In this document: piece after piece, positions 46,401 to 55,460 of the stretch | How the letters are laid out: each line of letters opens with the position of its first letter | Position numbering within the stretch: the stretch's first letter is position 1 | Origin: Candidatus Multivoradales bacterium | Lineage (GTDB): Bacteria > Acidobacteriota > Thermoanaerobaculia > Multivoradales > Multivoraceae | Direction: 5' to 3' | Length of the DNA stretch: 64,000 bases | NCBI GenBank assembly: GCA_965223325.1 | Contig: CBDCWI010000002.1 | Location: 2,784,001-2,848,000 of the forward strand | Notes under the pieces: model-generated | Databases searched by the model: none | The model's input: the letters and a program-made list of their open reading frames with translations, nothing else | Told to the model about the DNA's origin: nothing | Position numbers and translations under genes: made by a program

Positions 46401-46793
46401 ATGACCACCACTCTCTGGTGCCTGCTCGTCGTCGCCCTGCTTCCCTACGGGCTCGCCGGGCTCGGCGGATACTTCCGCCTCTCACAGCTCGGCAGGATCG
46501 ACAACAAAAACCCTCGCGCGCAAGCACGCGAACTGACAGGCGCGGGCGCACGGGCGGTCGCCGCACAGGCCAACGCGTGGGAGGCGACGGCCTTCTTCGC
46601 CGCGGCAGTGGTCGTGACCCATCTGGCCGGCGTTCCCGAGGCGGCACTGGCACCCTGGGCGATCGCCTACCTGGTCACCCGGCTGCTCCATCCCGTGCTC
46701 TACCTCGCCAACCTCGACCTCGTACGTTCACTCGTCTTCGTTGCCGGCCTGGGTTGCATCGTGATGATGTTCATCAAGGCAGCAGGGGTCTAG
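46401..46793 (+). CDS. MAPEG family membrane protein
   Basis: DNKNPR...RAVAAQANAWE, RLLH..YLAN..RSL; AGGAGG SD. Confidence 0.9.
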   Translation: MTTTLWCLLVVALLPYGLAGLGGYFRLSQLGRIDNKNPRAQARELTGAGARAVAAQANAWEATAFFAAAVVVTHLAGVPEAALAPWAIAYLVTRLLHPVLYLANLDLVRSLVFVAGLGCIVMMFIKAAGV

Positions 46794-46798
46794 CGAAC

Positions 46799-47881
46799 TC
46801 ACCGCCGCGCGACGCGGTTGGGCCGCAGCAGTTCGACGGTCATCGAACGCGGCGCGAGCGCCCGCACGCGGCTGGCCGTAAGAGCCCCCATGGCGGCGTC
46901 TGCGCGTTCGCCCGAAAGCGTGATGCGAACGACTGCATCGGGGTCGAGTTGCGCCAGTCGAGCGGTGAGCGCCTGTTCGGCTTGCGCCGCTGTCCTTCCT
47001 TCGACGGAAAGCTCGAGGGCGATGAGTGGACGAGCCGGGAGCGGATGGAACGTCCACCGCTTCAACCGTCCGCCGCGGTCGCTACCTTCGAAGTCGAGGA
47101 TCAAGAAGCCCTTCGTTTCGTCACGCTCTGCCATGCTGGTGCGTTCGATCGAGCCGGGGTAGAAGACCGGTGCTGATAGCGGGCGCCCCCTCAGGTCTCG
47201 CACAAGCACCTGGTGACGATGAATGTGGCCTGCAAGGACGGCCGCAAAGTCAGCCGGCAGGTCACGCCCGGTAATCACGTCTTCGCCGGGCCTGAAAGTG
47301 AAACCGGAGGGCCCAACCCGGGCACCCTCGACGGTCTGATGAATCACCAGCAGCCGGACCTGGGCGTCGACGCGCGCGGCGCCCGTTTCGGCAACGAGGT
47401 CTCGGAAGCGCCGGTTGATGCCACCGCGCACCGAGGGGAAACCGGCAATCGCCACCCGCGAGCCCCGCACGTCGAGCTCGACCGTGCGCGGATGATCGAG
47501 TAGGTAGAGGCCCGGGTGAATGCCCAGGATAGGAAATGGCAGGTGGGAGCGCTCGTGGTTGCCCAGGGCGAGAACGACCGGAACGCCCGCGTCGGCAACT
47601 CTCTTGAGCGGCGCGAGTGCGCGGTCGACGAGAGAAAGAGGCACCTTGCTGCGAAAGAGCAGGTCACCGCCGTGGACCACCACATCGACCTCACCTCGGA
47701 CCGCAGGCGCCAGCGCGCGCTCGTAGTTGGCGAAGAAGTCCGGGCCTCGCCGGCGACGGACGACGCGCGGGCGCCGCGGTTCGTCGAAGCCGAGGTGGGT
47801 GTCGGCGAGGAAGAGCACGCGGAGGTTGGTAGGCTGACCTGTCTTCACCCCCGCAGGGTACCGGCTCGCTGATCGCTCCAT
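46799..47881 (-). CDS. metallophosphoesterase, SbcD/Mre11-like DNA repair exonuclease
   Basis: ADTHLG, HGGDL, GNHE, GHIH, YPGSIER, KGF; start uncertain. Confidence 0.88.
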   Translation of the reverse strand: MERSASRYPAGVKTGQPTNLRVLFLADTHLGFDEPRRPRVVRRRRGPDFFANYERALAPAVRGEVDVVVHGGDLLFRSKVPLSLVDRALAPLKRVADAGVPVVLALGNHERSHLPFPILGIHPGLYLLDHPRTVELDVRGSRVAIAGFPSVRGGINRRFRDLVAETGAARVDAQVRLLVIHQTVEGARVGPSGFTFRPGEDVITGRDLPADFAAVLAGHIHRHQVLVRDLRGRPLSAPVFYPGSIERTSMAERDETKGFLILDFEGSDRGGRLKRWTFHPLPARPLIALELSVEGRTAAQAEQALTARLAQLDPDAVVRITLSGERADAAMGALTASRVRALAPRSMTVELLRPNRVARR

Positions 47882-47935
47882 AGCTGACCGCCACGCCGGA
47901 AACAGCGTAGCGTTGGCTGCGTATTCACTATTGAG

Positions 47936-48589
47936 ATGAGCACACCCCGCCAGTCCGTTCGGATCGCCTGGGCCCTGATGACGATCTTGTCGCTCGGCGT
48001 GGCCCTCTACGGTTTGAGCTTCCTGTTCGCTGAGGGATCGAGCCCCGCCAGTGGCGGCACCCCTTCGAACAATGACGAACACTTCCCCTGGTTGCTCGAC
48101 CAACACTGGGTCCGCTTTGCGGCCCACTTCGTGTTCGGCCCGATCGCGCTTGCCATCGGCCCGTTTCAGTTTCTGACCACACTCCGCAACCGGCGACCGC
48201 AGCTGCATCGCGGGCTGGGCTACGTCTATGCCGGCTCGATCGCCATCGCTGGTACGGCCGGACTGGCGCTGGCCACGACCGCCTGGGGCGGCCTGAGCAC
48301 TTCGATCGGCTTCGGCATGCTCGCCGTCCTCTGGCTCTTCTTTACGTTCGGTGCTGTCTGGCATGCCCGTGCGCGGCGCTACGCCGAGCACCGCCGGTTC
48401 ATGGTGCGCTCGTTTGCGTTGACATTCGCCGCCGTGACCCTTCGGCTGTGGATTCCGTTCTTCATGATGCAGGGACACAGCTTCGACGAGACCTACCGGA
48501 CGGTTGCGTGGTTGGCATGGGTCCCCAACCTGATGTTCGCTGAGTGGTGGCTGCGGCCACGGAAGGCCCGCGACGCCGCAAGCGCCTGA
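47936..48589 (+). CDS. DUF2306 membrane protein
   Basis: GPFQF..LR.RRPQLHR.LG.VY, HRRFMVRSFALTFAAVTLR, WLAWVPNL. Confidence 0.88.
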   Translation: MSTPRQSVRIAWALMTILSLGVALYGLSFLFAEGSSPASGGTPSNNDEHFPWLLDQHWVRFAAHFVFGPIALAIGPFQFLTTLRNRRPQLHRGLGYVYAGSIAIAGTAGLALATTAWGGLSTSIGFGMLAVLWLFFTFGAVWHARARRYAEHRRFMVRSFALTFAAVTLRLWIPFFMMQGHSFDETYRTVAWLAWVPNLMFAEWWLRPRKARDAASA

Positions 48590-48663
48590 GCTCTAGACGG
48601 CGCCGCGACCTTGCGTGGTGTCAGAATGCACCGACACTCACTCAGTTCTGGAAGGGGTAACTC

Positions 48664-50052
48664 ATGCCGCTGCGACTGGTGCGCGCGAGCTGCGCAACCA
48701 CTGCCTCTCGCCCAACTGTTTTCCGGGCGGTCCTGGTCACAGCGCCGGTTGCTTCGGCGCTTCTCCTTCTAACCCTCGCCGGCCCGGGTGTCCGACTGGT
48801 TGTCGCCGAAGGCCTTCTCGCGGGCGTTGGTGTCTCCGACCTGACACCCAACACCGACGAGCTCGAGGTGCCGCTGGGCGGCTACGGCGAGCGGCAGAAC
48901 CGCCCGGCCGAGGGTGTTCACGATTCCGTTCTCGCCAAGACCCTGGTGCTCGCTGCCAGTGATGAACGGTTCGCACTCATAACGACCGACCTGCTCGGAC
49001 CGACGCGGGACCTTCGCAATGAAGTGCTGGAACGCATCACCGCGACTGGAATCTCCTCGCACAATCTCGTTCTGGCGGCGAGCCACTCGCACGCCAGCAT
49101 CGAGATGAACGCCATGCATCGCGGCAACGTGTTCAACAACAAATCGATCGGCATTTTCGATGAACGGGTACTCGAGTTCGCCGCCGATCGCATCGCCGCC
49201 TCGGTTGTTGCCGCCGCGAGTGCTCTCGAGCCGGTTCGGGTAGCCAGCACCACCGTTCAGATTCCCGGGATGAACCGTAACCGTCGCGGCGACGAGACCG
49301 TCGACGAGGACATGACTCTCTTGCGTCTTGATCGCGCCACCGGCGAACCCCTGGCGGTCCTCGTCAACTACACCGCCCATCCGACCTTCATGGGCCCTAG
49401 CGAGATGTTGTTCTCGGCCGGTTGGCCCGGATACCTGCAGCGAGAACTCGAGGCTCACCTCGGCGGCAGCACCGTCGTTCTCTTTACCAACGGCGCCGAA
49501 GGTGACCAGAGCACGCGCGGTGCAGTGGGCCCGAGTGCCTTTGCACGGGCGGAGGACTACGGCCGCAAGCTCTCCCTCTTCGCGCTCGCGGCCCTCTCCC
49601 AGATGAAGACCACAAACGACATGGCCACGATGGAGTGGCACACCCGTACCATCGAGCTGCCGGCGCGGGTCCCGCCACCGGCGCTCATGGAGTCTGCCGG
49701 CCCCGAGTATGGGCTCACGCCCGAGAACATCAAAACGCTCACCGAGGCCATGCAGCCAACCTCGACCTTGATGACCGTCTTTCGAATTGGCGACCTGGGG
49801 GCCGTCACGATCTCCGGCGAGATGGCAGCAGGGCTCGGCCTGGAGATCAAGCATTCTCTGCGCGAGCTGGGAATCAAACACCCGATGATCGTGGGACTCG
49901 CCAATGAGTGGATCAGCTACATCCTCTCGACCGAGGGATATCACGGGGGCGGCTACGAGCCAGGGCTGTCGTTCTACGGCGAGGGACTCGGCCCCTTCCT
50001 GGTGGACGAGGCGGAGAAGACCGCCAGCCACCTGTTGGAACGAGGGCAGTAG
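48664..50052 (+). CDS. neutral/alkaline ceramidase N-terminal-domain hydrolase
   Basis: LGGYG.R...GVHD, ASHSHA, NYTAHPT, SAGWPG, GAEGD, GLANEWISYI..Y..GGYE. Confidence 0.85.
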   Translation: MPLRLVRASCATTASRPTVFRAVLVTAPVASALLLLTLAGPGVRLVVAEGLLAGVGVSDLTPNTDELEVPLGGYGERQNRPAEGVHDSVLAKTLVLAASDERFALITTDLLGPTRDLRNEVLERITATGISSHNLVLAASHSHASIEMNAMHRGNVFNNKSIGIFDERVLEFAADRIAASVVAAASALEPVRVASTTVQIPGMNRNRRGDETVDEDMTLLRLDRATGEPLAVLVNYTAHPTFMGPSEMLFSAGWPGYLQRELEAHLGGSTVVLFTNGAEGDQSTRGAVGPSAFARAEDYGRKLSLFALAALSQMKTTNDMATMEWHTRTIELPARVPPPALMESAGPEYGLTPENIKTLTEAMQPTSTLMTVFRIGDLGAVTISGEMAAGLGLEIKHSLRELGIKHPMIVGLANEWISYILSTEGYHGGGYEPGLSFYGEGLGPFLVDEAEKTASHLLERGQ

Positions 50053-50110
50053 GACGCCCCACGACGCGGTTGCCGAGCCCAAATGCCGTGACGCATCACA
50101 GGCGTGAATA

Positions 50111-50139
50111 TTGACCATGGTCTTTGACCATAGTAAGAT
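50111..50139 (+). promoter_or_regulatory. sigma70 promoter with overlapping operator of TA pair 1
   Basis: TTGACC-N17-TAAGAT, ATG 6 nt later; palindrome GACCATGGTC and second TTGACCAT copy. Confidence 0.7.
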
Positions 50140-50145
50140 ATTTGG

Positions 50146-50406
50146 ATGGAAGAAGTCGCCATTTCCCGCTTCAAAGCGACCTGTCTCGAGCTCTTGCGCC
50201 GGGTCCAGATGACTGGTCAGCCCATTCTCGTGACCAGGCATGGCGAACCCATCGCCGAGGTTCGACCGCCAGGCCAACTGCCACGTGGGGCCCGCCTGAT
50301 GGGGTGCATGGAGGGAACCGGCGAGGTCCTTGGCGACATCATCTCCCCAGCCGTGCCGATCGACGGGTGGGCAGTCTTCAACGAAGAGCCTCCGAGCGAC
50401 AGGTGA
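50146..50406 (+). CDS. Phd/YefM family antitoxin
   Basis: ISRFKATCLELLRRV..TGQPILVTRHGEPIAEV. Confidence 0.92.
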   Translation: MEEVAISRFKATCLELLRRVQMTGQPILVTRHGEPIAEVRPPGQLPRGARLMGCMEGTGEVLGDIISPAVPIDGWAVFNEEPPSDR

Positions 50407-50801
50407 AGGTCTTGCTCGATACCCATATCTTCCTATGGGCGGTTCTCGGTGACCGGCGGCTGGGCAGTCGCGCGAGGAGGGTGCTCGAGCGACCCAGCAC
50501 AGAAACCTGGCTCTCGCCGATCTCCGTCTGGGAGACCCTGTTGCTCGAATCCCGCGCACGCCTGCGGCTCGAACCAACTCCACTGCGATGGATTCAAGAA
50601 GCGCTCGGCCGCTATCCCTGGCGTGAAGCGGCGCTCACCCACGAGGTAGCGATCGCCAGTCGGGCGATCGGCCTCAGTCACGAGGATCCCGCCGATCGCT
50701 TCCTGGCAGCAACCGCCGCCGTCTACGACCTGACGCTGTTGACAGCTGATGAGGCCCTTCTCGAGGGAGACGGCTACTCAGTGATGAGCAACGACGACTG
50801 A
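50403..50801 (+). CDS. vapC: VapC family PIN toxin
   Basis: LLDTHIFLW, SVWE, HEDPADR, LTAD; GTGA overlap with antitoxin. Confidence 0.92.
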   Translation: MKVLLDTHIFLWAVLGDRRLGSRARRVLERPSTETWLSPISVWETLLLESRARLRLEPTPLRWIQEALGRYPWREAALTHEVAIASRAIGLSHEDPADRFLAATAAVYDLTLLTADEALLEGDGYSVMSNDD

Positions 50802-50828
50802 CGCCGACGTACGTCGCGCAGAGACCTG

Positions 50829-51287
50829 ATGACAGAGAGCAACACCGGTACGAAGATCCGTCCCGCAGGTCCGAGCGATCGTGAAGCCGTCTTCGAGCTG
50901 GCTGCTCGGTTCGCGACCTCTTTCGTCGTCGACCAACAGGCCTTCGCCGTCGCGTTCGACGCACTGTTGGAGCAAGAGAGCGCCTACCTCCTGGTCGCCG
51001 AGAAAGAGGGTTCTGTCATCGCCTACTGCCTGGCCTTCGACCACTTGACCCTGTTCGCCAACGGGCGGGTGACATGGGTCGAGGAGGTGATGGTCCGCGC
51101 GGACCGCCGCCGCAGCGGGATCGGCGCTCGGCTGATGCAGGCGGTGGAAGACTGGGCGAGGCTGCGTCGCTCGCGACTGGTCGGTCTGGCGACTCGGAGA
51201 GCCGCGCCTTTCTACAGGGCGCTGGGATACGAGGAGTCGGCGACCTACTTCCGAAAGCTGCTGCAAGCGCATCCAGAGCACGCCTAG
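50829..51287 (+). CDS. GNAT family N-acetyltransferase
   Basis: EEVMVRADRRRSGIGARL acetyl-CoA motif, FYRALGY. Confidence 0.92.
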   Translation: MTESNTGTKIRPAGPSDREAVFELAARFATSFVVDQQAFAVAFDALLEQESAYLLVAEKEGSVIAYCLAFDHLTLFANGRVTWVEEVMVRADRRRSGIGARLMQAVEDWARLRRSRLVGLATRRAAPFYRALGYEESATYFRKLLQAHPEHA

Positions 51288-51493
51288 AGGCTGCCCTTGG
51301 GTAGTGCGAGCTCTGATCGCCGCGTATTTACGGCACTCCGGCACAACATCGGCCCATCGATGTCCTTCGAGGTCGGCGGTCGGGGGCGCAATGGTACCTA
51401 TGGGTTCTTCGCACAACCTCCCTCGGCTGCAACGACCACGGCCAGGTTGGAAGGTTCGATCCAGGTCCGGTTTCTCTTGCGCTGCAGGACCGG

Positions 51494-51892
51494 CTAGGCC
51501 GGCAGCAAAGATACGGGAAGTAGTTCCGAGTAGCGAGCGAAGTCGCCGTCCGTGGTGAAGATCGGTACCTCCTGCCGGTTGCTGACGGCACAGATGAGAA
51601 AATCTGTGTTCGAACCCTGAACGCCTGAAGCTCGACAAGAGTTGTAGAACGCTGCGGCTCGTACGTAGTCTTCAGAACACACCTCTAGATCCACGAACGG
51701 TTCAAGACCTTCTCGTAGTCGTTCGAACTGCTGCTTGCGGCGAACACCTGAGAGGATCTCCTGGCGCACGGCTCCAATCATGACCGCACGCCCGTCCGAG
51801 ATCAGATCTCTGAGCCTCTCGACTGCTTTGCCGCCAGGACTGGATCGTCTAAAAGCTAGAGACCAGACCGCCGTATCGACGAGAACATTCAC
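51494..51892 (-). CDS. vapC: VapC family PIN toxin
   Basis: VLVDTAVWS, QEILSG, TDFLICA, FTTDGDF. Confidence 0.92.
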   Translation of the reverse strand: MNVLVDTAVWSLAFRRSSPGGKAVERLRDLISDGRAVMIGAVRQEILSGVRRKQQFERLREGLEPFVDLEVCSEDYVRAAAFYNSCRASGVQGSNTDFLICAVSNRQEVPIFTTDGDFARYSELLPVSLLPA

Positions 51893-52092
51893 GAGTCCAG
51901 CTTCCGCTGCTCTTTGTAGTCGTAGCCCTCGTCGTACTCCACCGTGCCGAAGAGCTCGAGAATGCTCTTTTGCTTCCGACGACGAATGTACTCTTCGAGG
52001 GCTTCCGTGACGGTTGCCTTCTTTGTCTTCTTGTTCCCTACGCGCTGGGCTTCTTCGAGGAGTCCAGGGTCGATTGCCAGGTTCGTTGCCAT
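51889..52092 (-). CDS. vapB: VapB family (RHH) antitoxin
   Basis: MATNLAIDPGLLEEA..G.KKTKKATVTEALEEYI; 4-nt overlap with toxin. Confidence 0.9.
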   Translation of the reverse strand: MATNLAIDPGLLEEAQRVGNKKTKKATVTEALEEYIRRRKQKSILELFGTVEYDEGYDYKEQRKLDS

Positions 52093-52104
52093 CACACTTC
52101 CTTC

Positions 52105-52122
52105 TGTGTAAGTTCCTACACA
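52105..52122. promoter_or_regulatory. inverted-repeat operator of TA pair 2
   Basis: TGTGTA-N6-TACACA immediately downstream of a minus-strand TGaTAGTAT extended -10. Confidence 0.6.
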
Positions 52123-52210
52123 TACTATCACACAGACCTCTCCACCATTCAATCTGGCCAGAACCAGAGCCGCGGGCCACGAGGGTAAAACTCGTGAACG
52201 AGTGAGCCTG

Positions 52211-52240
52211 TTGACTTAGTCATCATTCTTGACTAAGTTC
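52211..52240 (+). promoter_or_regulatory. sigma70 promoter with overlapping operator of TA pair 3
   Basis: TTGACT-N17-TAAGTT, ATG 6 nt later; TGACTTAGTCA and TGACTAAGTTC sites. Confidence 0.7.
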
Positions 52241-52245
52241 TACTC

Positions 52246-52470
52246 ATGAAGACCGTGACGATTCACGAAGCCAAGACCCACCTCTCCCGGCTCATCCGCG
52301 AAGTGCAGGAAGGCGAGGAAATCATCATCGCGCGCGGTGACTGCCCAGTCGTGAAGCTGGTCTTGCTCGATGCATCCGCCGGAGAACGCAGAATCGGAAC
52401 GGCCAAGGGCAAAGTCGTCATCGCGAACGACTTCGATGAGCCGCTAGACGACTTCACTGCCTACCGGTAG
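52246..52470 (+). CDS. Phd/YefM family antitoxin
   Basis: VTIHEAKTHLSRLI..V..GEEIIIAR..PVVKL..DFDEPL. Confidence 0.93.
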   Translation: MKTVTIHEAKTHLSRLIREVQEGEEIIIARGDCPVVKLVLLDASAGERRIGTAKGKVVIANDFDEPLDDFTAYR

Positions 52471-52478
52471 GACTCACG

Positions 52479-52874
52479 GTGGCAGACGAGTACCTTCTCG
52501 ACACGCACGCGCTGCTCTGGCTTTCTACCGATGACGAGCGCCTGACCGACTCGGTACGAAGAATCGTCCTTGAAGGGAAACACACTCTACGCGTCAGCGC
52601 CGCCTCGATCTGGGAGTTGGCAATCAAGAAGAGCCTCGGAAAGCTCGAGCTAAGCGAGCCTCTCCACGTCTTCCTCGAAGGGCAACGCGACGCTCTCGGC
52701 TTCCGGTTCCTTCCGGTCATGGTGAGGGACGCGATCGAAGTCGAGGCACTGCCTTGGCTCCATCGCGATCCCTTCGACCGGCTCCTTGTCGCTCAGGCGA
52801 GGTTGCGGCAGGTGACCATCCTGTCGAGAGATTCCAACCTGGCTCGCTATGACGTGGAGACGTTCTGGGGGTAA
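52479..52874 (+). CDS. vapC: VapC family PIN toxin
   Basis: LLDTHALLW, SIWELAIK, HRDPFDRLLVAQA, SRD. Confidence 0.93.
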   Translation: MADEYLLDTHALLWLSTDDERLTDSVRRIVLEGKHTLRVSAASIWELAIKKSLGKLELSEPLHVFLEGQRDALGFRFLPVMVRDAIEVEALPWLHRDPFDRLLVAQARLRQVTILSRDSNLARYDVETFWG

Positions 52875-52931
52875 GGCGTCCCTCAGGTTGCGCCAGCTCA
52901 CCCGTGCTTGGACGTAGGCGGATCATCGCGG

Positions 52932-53180
52932 TCAGCTGCCCGCTTTGGCGTTGGTCTTCTTCTTCGCGTGTCTAGCGTAGTAGCGGGCCGCTTTGGCCCG
53001 GTTGCCACAGGCCTTCATGTTGCACCAGCCCCTGGTCTTGTTGCGACCGGTCTCGACGAACATCCATCCACAATCGTGTCCGCGACCCTCTTTGACCAGC
53101 GAGAGCCGTTCGGAGCACAAGAGCTCGACCGCCGCCAGCACGATGCACCAGCTCAGGACAGCGATTCTTCGAGACTCTGA
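52932..53180 (-). pseudogene. C-terminal remnant of a CGNR zinc-finger (ABATE) protein
   Basis: VKEGRGHDCGWMFVETGRNKTRGWCNMKACGNRAKAAR; first Cys replaced by Gly, no plausible N-terminal domain or start. Confidence 0.65.
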
Positions 53181-53289
53181 TGGAGCCGAGCCAGGCGCCC
53201 CGCGGCCATCTTCGACGACATCGCGCGGGCGGCAGCCGGCCTTCGAGGCGTAACGGTACATTGGTCTCTCAATCAAGACAGGAGCGCTC

Positions 53290-54627
53290 ATGAACGGACG
53301 CTGTTTCACGATCGTCTCGACGATCGGCCTACTCCTCGTACTGACGCTTTCGACCGTCAAGAGCCCAACCCTGGCCTCCTCCGCCGGAGCGCCAAACGAG
53401 GGCAATCGCGTCGCCGAGGTTCGTTGTGGGCAACTGCTCGACGTAGTCAACCGGCAGGTGCTGCGTGACCAGCGAATCCTGATCGAGAACGACACGATTC
53501 GCGCCATCGGGAAGACGGTCGAAGCACCGGCCGGGGCCGAGCGAATCGACCTCGGCGACCACACCTGCATGCCCGGCCTGATGGACATGCACGCGCATCT
53601 CTTCATCGATGCCACCGGACGAACCGGCGACGAGTCCATACCCACTCAGTCGAGCGCCTACAACGCCTTGATGGGCCTTAGAAACGCCCGAACCCTGCTC
53701 GATCTCGGCTTCACGACCATCCGTGTCCCTGGCGACATGGACTACCACTACGCTGGAATCGAACTGCGCAATGCCATTGCTCGTGGTTGGTACCAGGGCC
53801 CGCGCATGCTGGTCGCTCCGCACGCCATCTCGCCGCTCGGCGGTCACGGCGACTTCAACAGCTATGCCCCCGACCTTCCACACACCGTTCAGGGCCCCCT
53901 CATCGCCGACGGCGTCGACGAGGTGCGGCGTGCCGTGCGGCGTGAGATCAAATACGGTGCGGACTGGATCAAGATCATGGCGAGTGGGGGCGTGATGTCG
54001 CAGCATGACGACCCCGAGGTCGCCGCCTACACTCAGGAGGAGTTCGAAGCCTTCGCCGACGAGACCCACCGCCACGGCAAGAAGATTACCGCCCACGCCC
54101 ACGGCGATGCCGGCATTCGAGCCGCAGTGCTCGCCGGTTTCGACTCGATCGAGCACGCGACGATGATGAGCGAAGAGACTGCCCGCCTGATGGCCGAGCG
54201 GGGCACGTACTACGTCCCGACGCTCTACGTCGTCGATTGGATCCTCGAGCGCGGCGCTACCGGCGGCATTTCGGCCAATAACCTCGAGAAGGCAAAGCTG
54301 GTCGCCGAGCAGCACGGCAGCTCGGTCGCGATGGCATCGAGCGCCGGGGTAAAGCTGATCGTCGGCTCCGACCCGATCTTTCCAATGGCGGAAGCGATCC
54401 GCGAATTCACCGCGATGTCCCAGCGGGTCCAGGACAACTGGCAGGTGCTGCAGGCTGGAACCATCAACCCGGCCCACATGCTGGGGCTGGAATCGGAACT
54501 CGGCTCACTGACAGCCGGCAAAAAGGCCGATCTGGTGGCCAGCCCGGACAACCCGATCGACAACATGCGCAACATCGAGAACGTTACCTTCGTGATGAAG
54601 GGCGGCGTCGTGGTGCGCCGGGACTGA
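53290..54627 (+). CDS. amidohydrolase family protein (Xaa-Pro dipeptidase-like), exported
   Basis: MPGLMDMHAH, KIMASGG, AHAHG, SIEH, GSD, GKKADLV..VMKGG; signal peptide. Confidence 0.92.
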   Translation: MNGRCFTIVSTIGLLLVLTLSTVKSPTLASSAGAPNEGNRVAEVRCGQLLDVVNRQVLRDQRILIENDTIRAIGKTVEAPAGAERIDLGDHTCMPGLMDMHAHLFIDATGRTGDESIPTQSSAYNALMGLRNARTLLDLGFTTIRVPGDMDYHYAGIELRNAIARGWYQGPRMLVAPHAISPLGGHGDFNSYAPDLPHTVQGPLIADGVDEVRRAVRREIKYGADWIKIMASGGVMSQHDDPEVAAYTQEEFEAFADETHRHGKKITAHAHGDAGIRAAVLAGFDSIEHATMMSEETARLMAERGTYYVPTLYVVDWILERGATGGISANNLEKAKLVAEQHGSSVAMASSAGVKLIVGSDPIFPMAEAIREFTAMSQRVQDNWQVLQAGTINPAHMLGLESELGSLTAGKKADLVASPDNPIDNMRNIENVTFVMKGGVVVRRD

Positions 54628-54708
54628 AGACAGGGTGGCCAGCAGCGGCCGTCGTAACACCCCACCGCCTCTCGCCCTCCACGTGCCCTCCGCACAACAA
54701 GTGCCCGG

Positions 54709-55398
54709 CTAGCCGCTCGGAGGGTCCAGGGGCCCAACGAGCGACGCGCGTTGTGAGATCTCAATCCAGTTTCCGTCGGGGTCACGCACAAAGGAGATTC
54801 GCGCAACCTCTCCAAGAGTCCGTGGCGCCATGCCTTCGCGACCGCCGCGCTCGAGAACTCCGGCATGCTCCTGGTCGCAGTCACGGACCTGGAAGGTAAT
54901 GTAGCGGTAGCCTCTGGCCTTGAGCGTGGCGTCAGCCGGTGCACGGTCCGAACGCTCGAACGAGAGCACCGAGTCGCCAGCTAGATAGTGGGACGGGCCG
55001 ATCTTCTCGAGTCCAAGGGTGCGCCCGAGAAACCGGTGGTGATCACTCTCGTTGCGGACTGCCAGGTGGACGCCGAGCCGTTCGACCCCGTCGTTTCCAG
55101 AGGGAACCAGCAAGACCCGATTGCCGTCGGGATCGCAGAGTGCCTCTGCCTCGGTGCGGCCGGGATCGGCGATGCGCCACTCCACGTAGCCACTTGGTGG
55201 TGCATCGGGAAGTGGATCGCGGACGTGGTTGAGCTTGAAGACCGAGCCGTGTCGGCCGTGGCGATGCTGATGGTTACCGCCACCCGTCTTGAGCAGCTCC
55301 TGGTAGGTCAGCCCGGGCGCGCCCTGCCAGAACTCGAGCATTGAGTCGAGCTGATTGGTGTAGAGACCGGGGTCAATGTGTGCCTTTGCCAAGTCCAC
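54709..55398 (-). CDS. VOC/glyoxalase family protein
   Basis: Two beta-alpha-beta modules ending DPDGNRV and FVRDPDGNWIEI; AGGAG SD before GTG. Confidence 0.85.
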   Translation of the reverse strand: MDLAKAHIDPGLYTNQLDSMLEFWQGAPGLTYQELLKTGGGNHQHRHGRHGSVFKLNHVRDPLPDAPPSGYVEWRIADPGRTEAEALCDPDGNRVLLVPSGNDGVERLGVHLAVRNESDHHRFLGRTLGLEKIGPSHYLAGDSVLSFERSDRAPADATLKARGYRYITFQVRDCDQEHAGVLERGGREGMAPRTLGEVARISFVRDPDGNWIEISQRASLVGPLDPPSG

Positions 55399-55460
55399 CT
55401 GGGGTCTCCTGGTGCCGGGCCTTCACACCCGGAGTCACACCACGGCTGAAGCCGAGGCCA

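Noticed and set aside
48769-50583. 604-aa minus-strand ORF
   Set aside because: Antisense shadow of the ceramidase-like and TA genes, typical of high-GC DNA; no motifs
51290-51493. Possible gene remnants in unexplained spacers (also 56960-57300 and 60865-61180)
   Set aside because: Short protein-like stretches but no family recognisable by eye; would need tBLASTx
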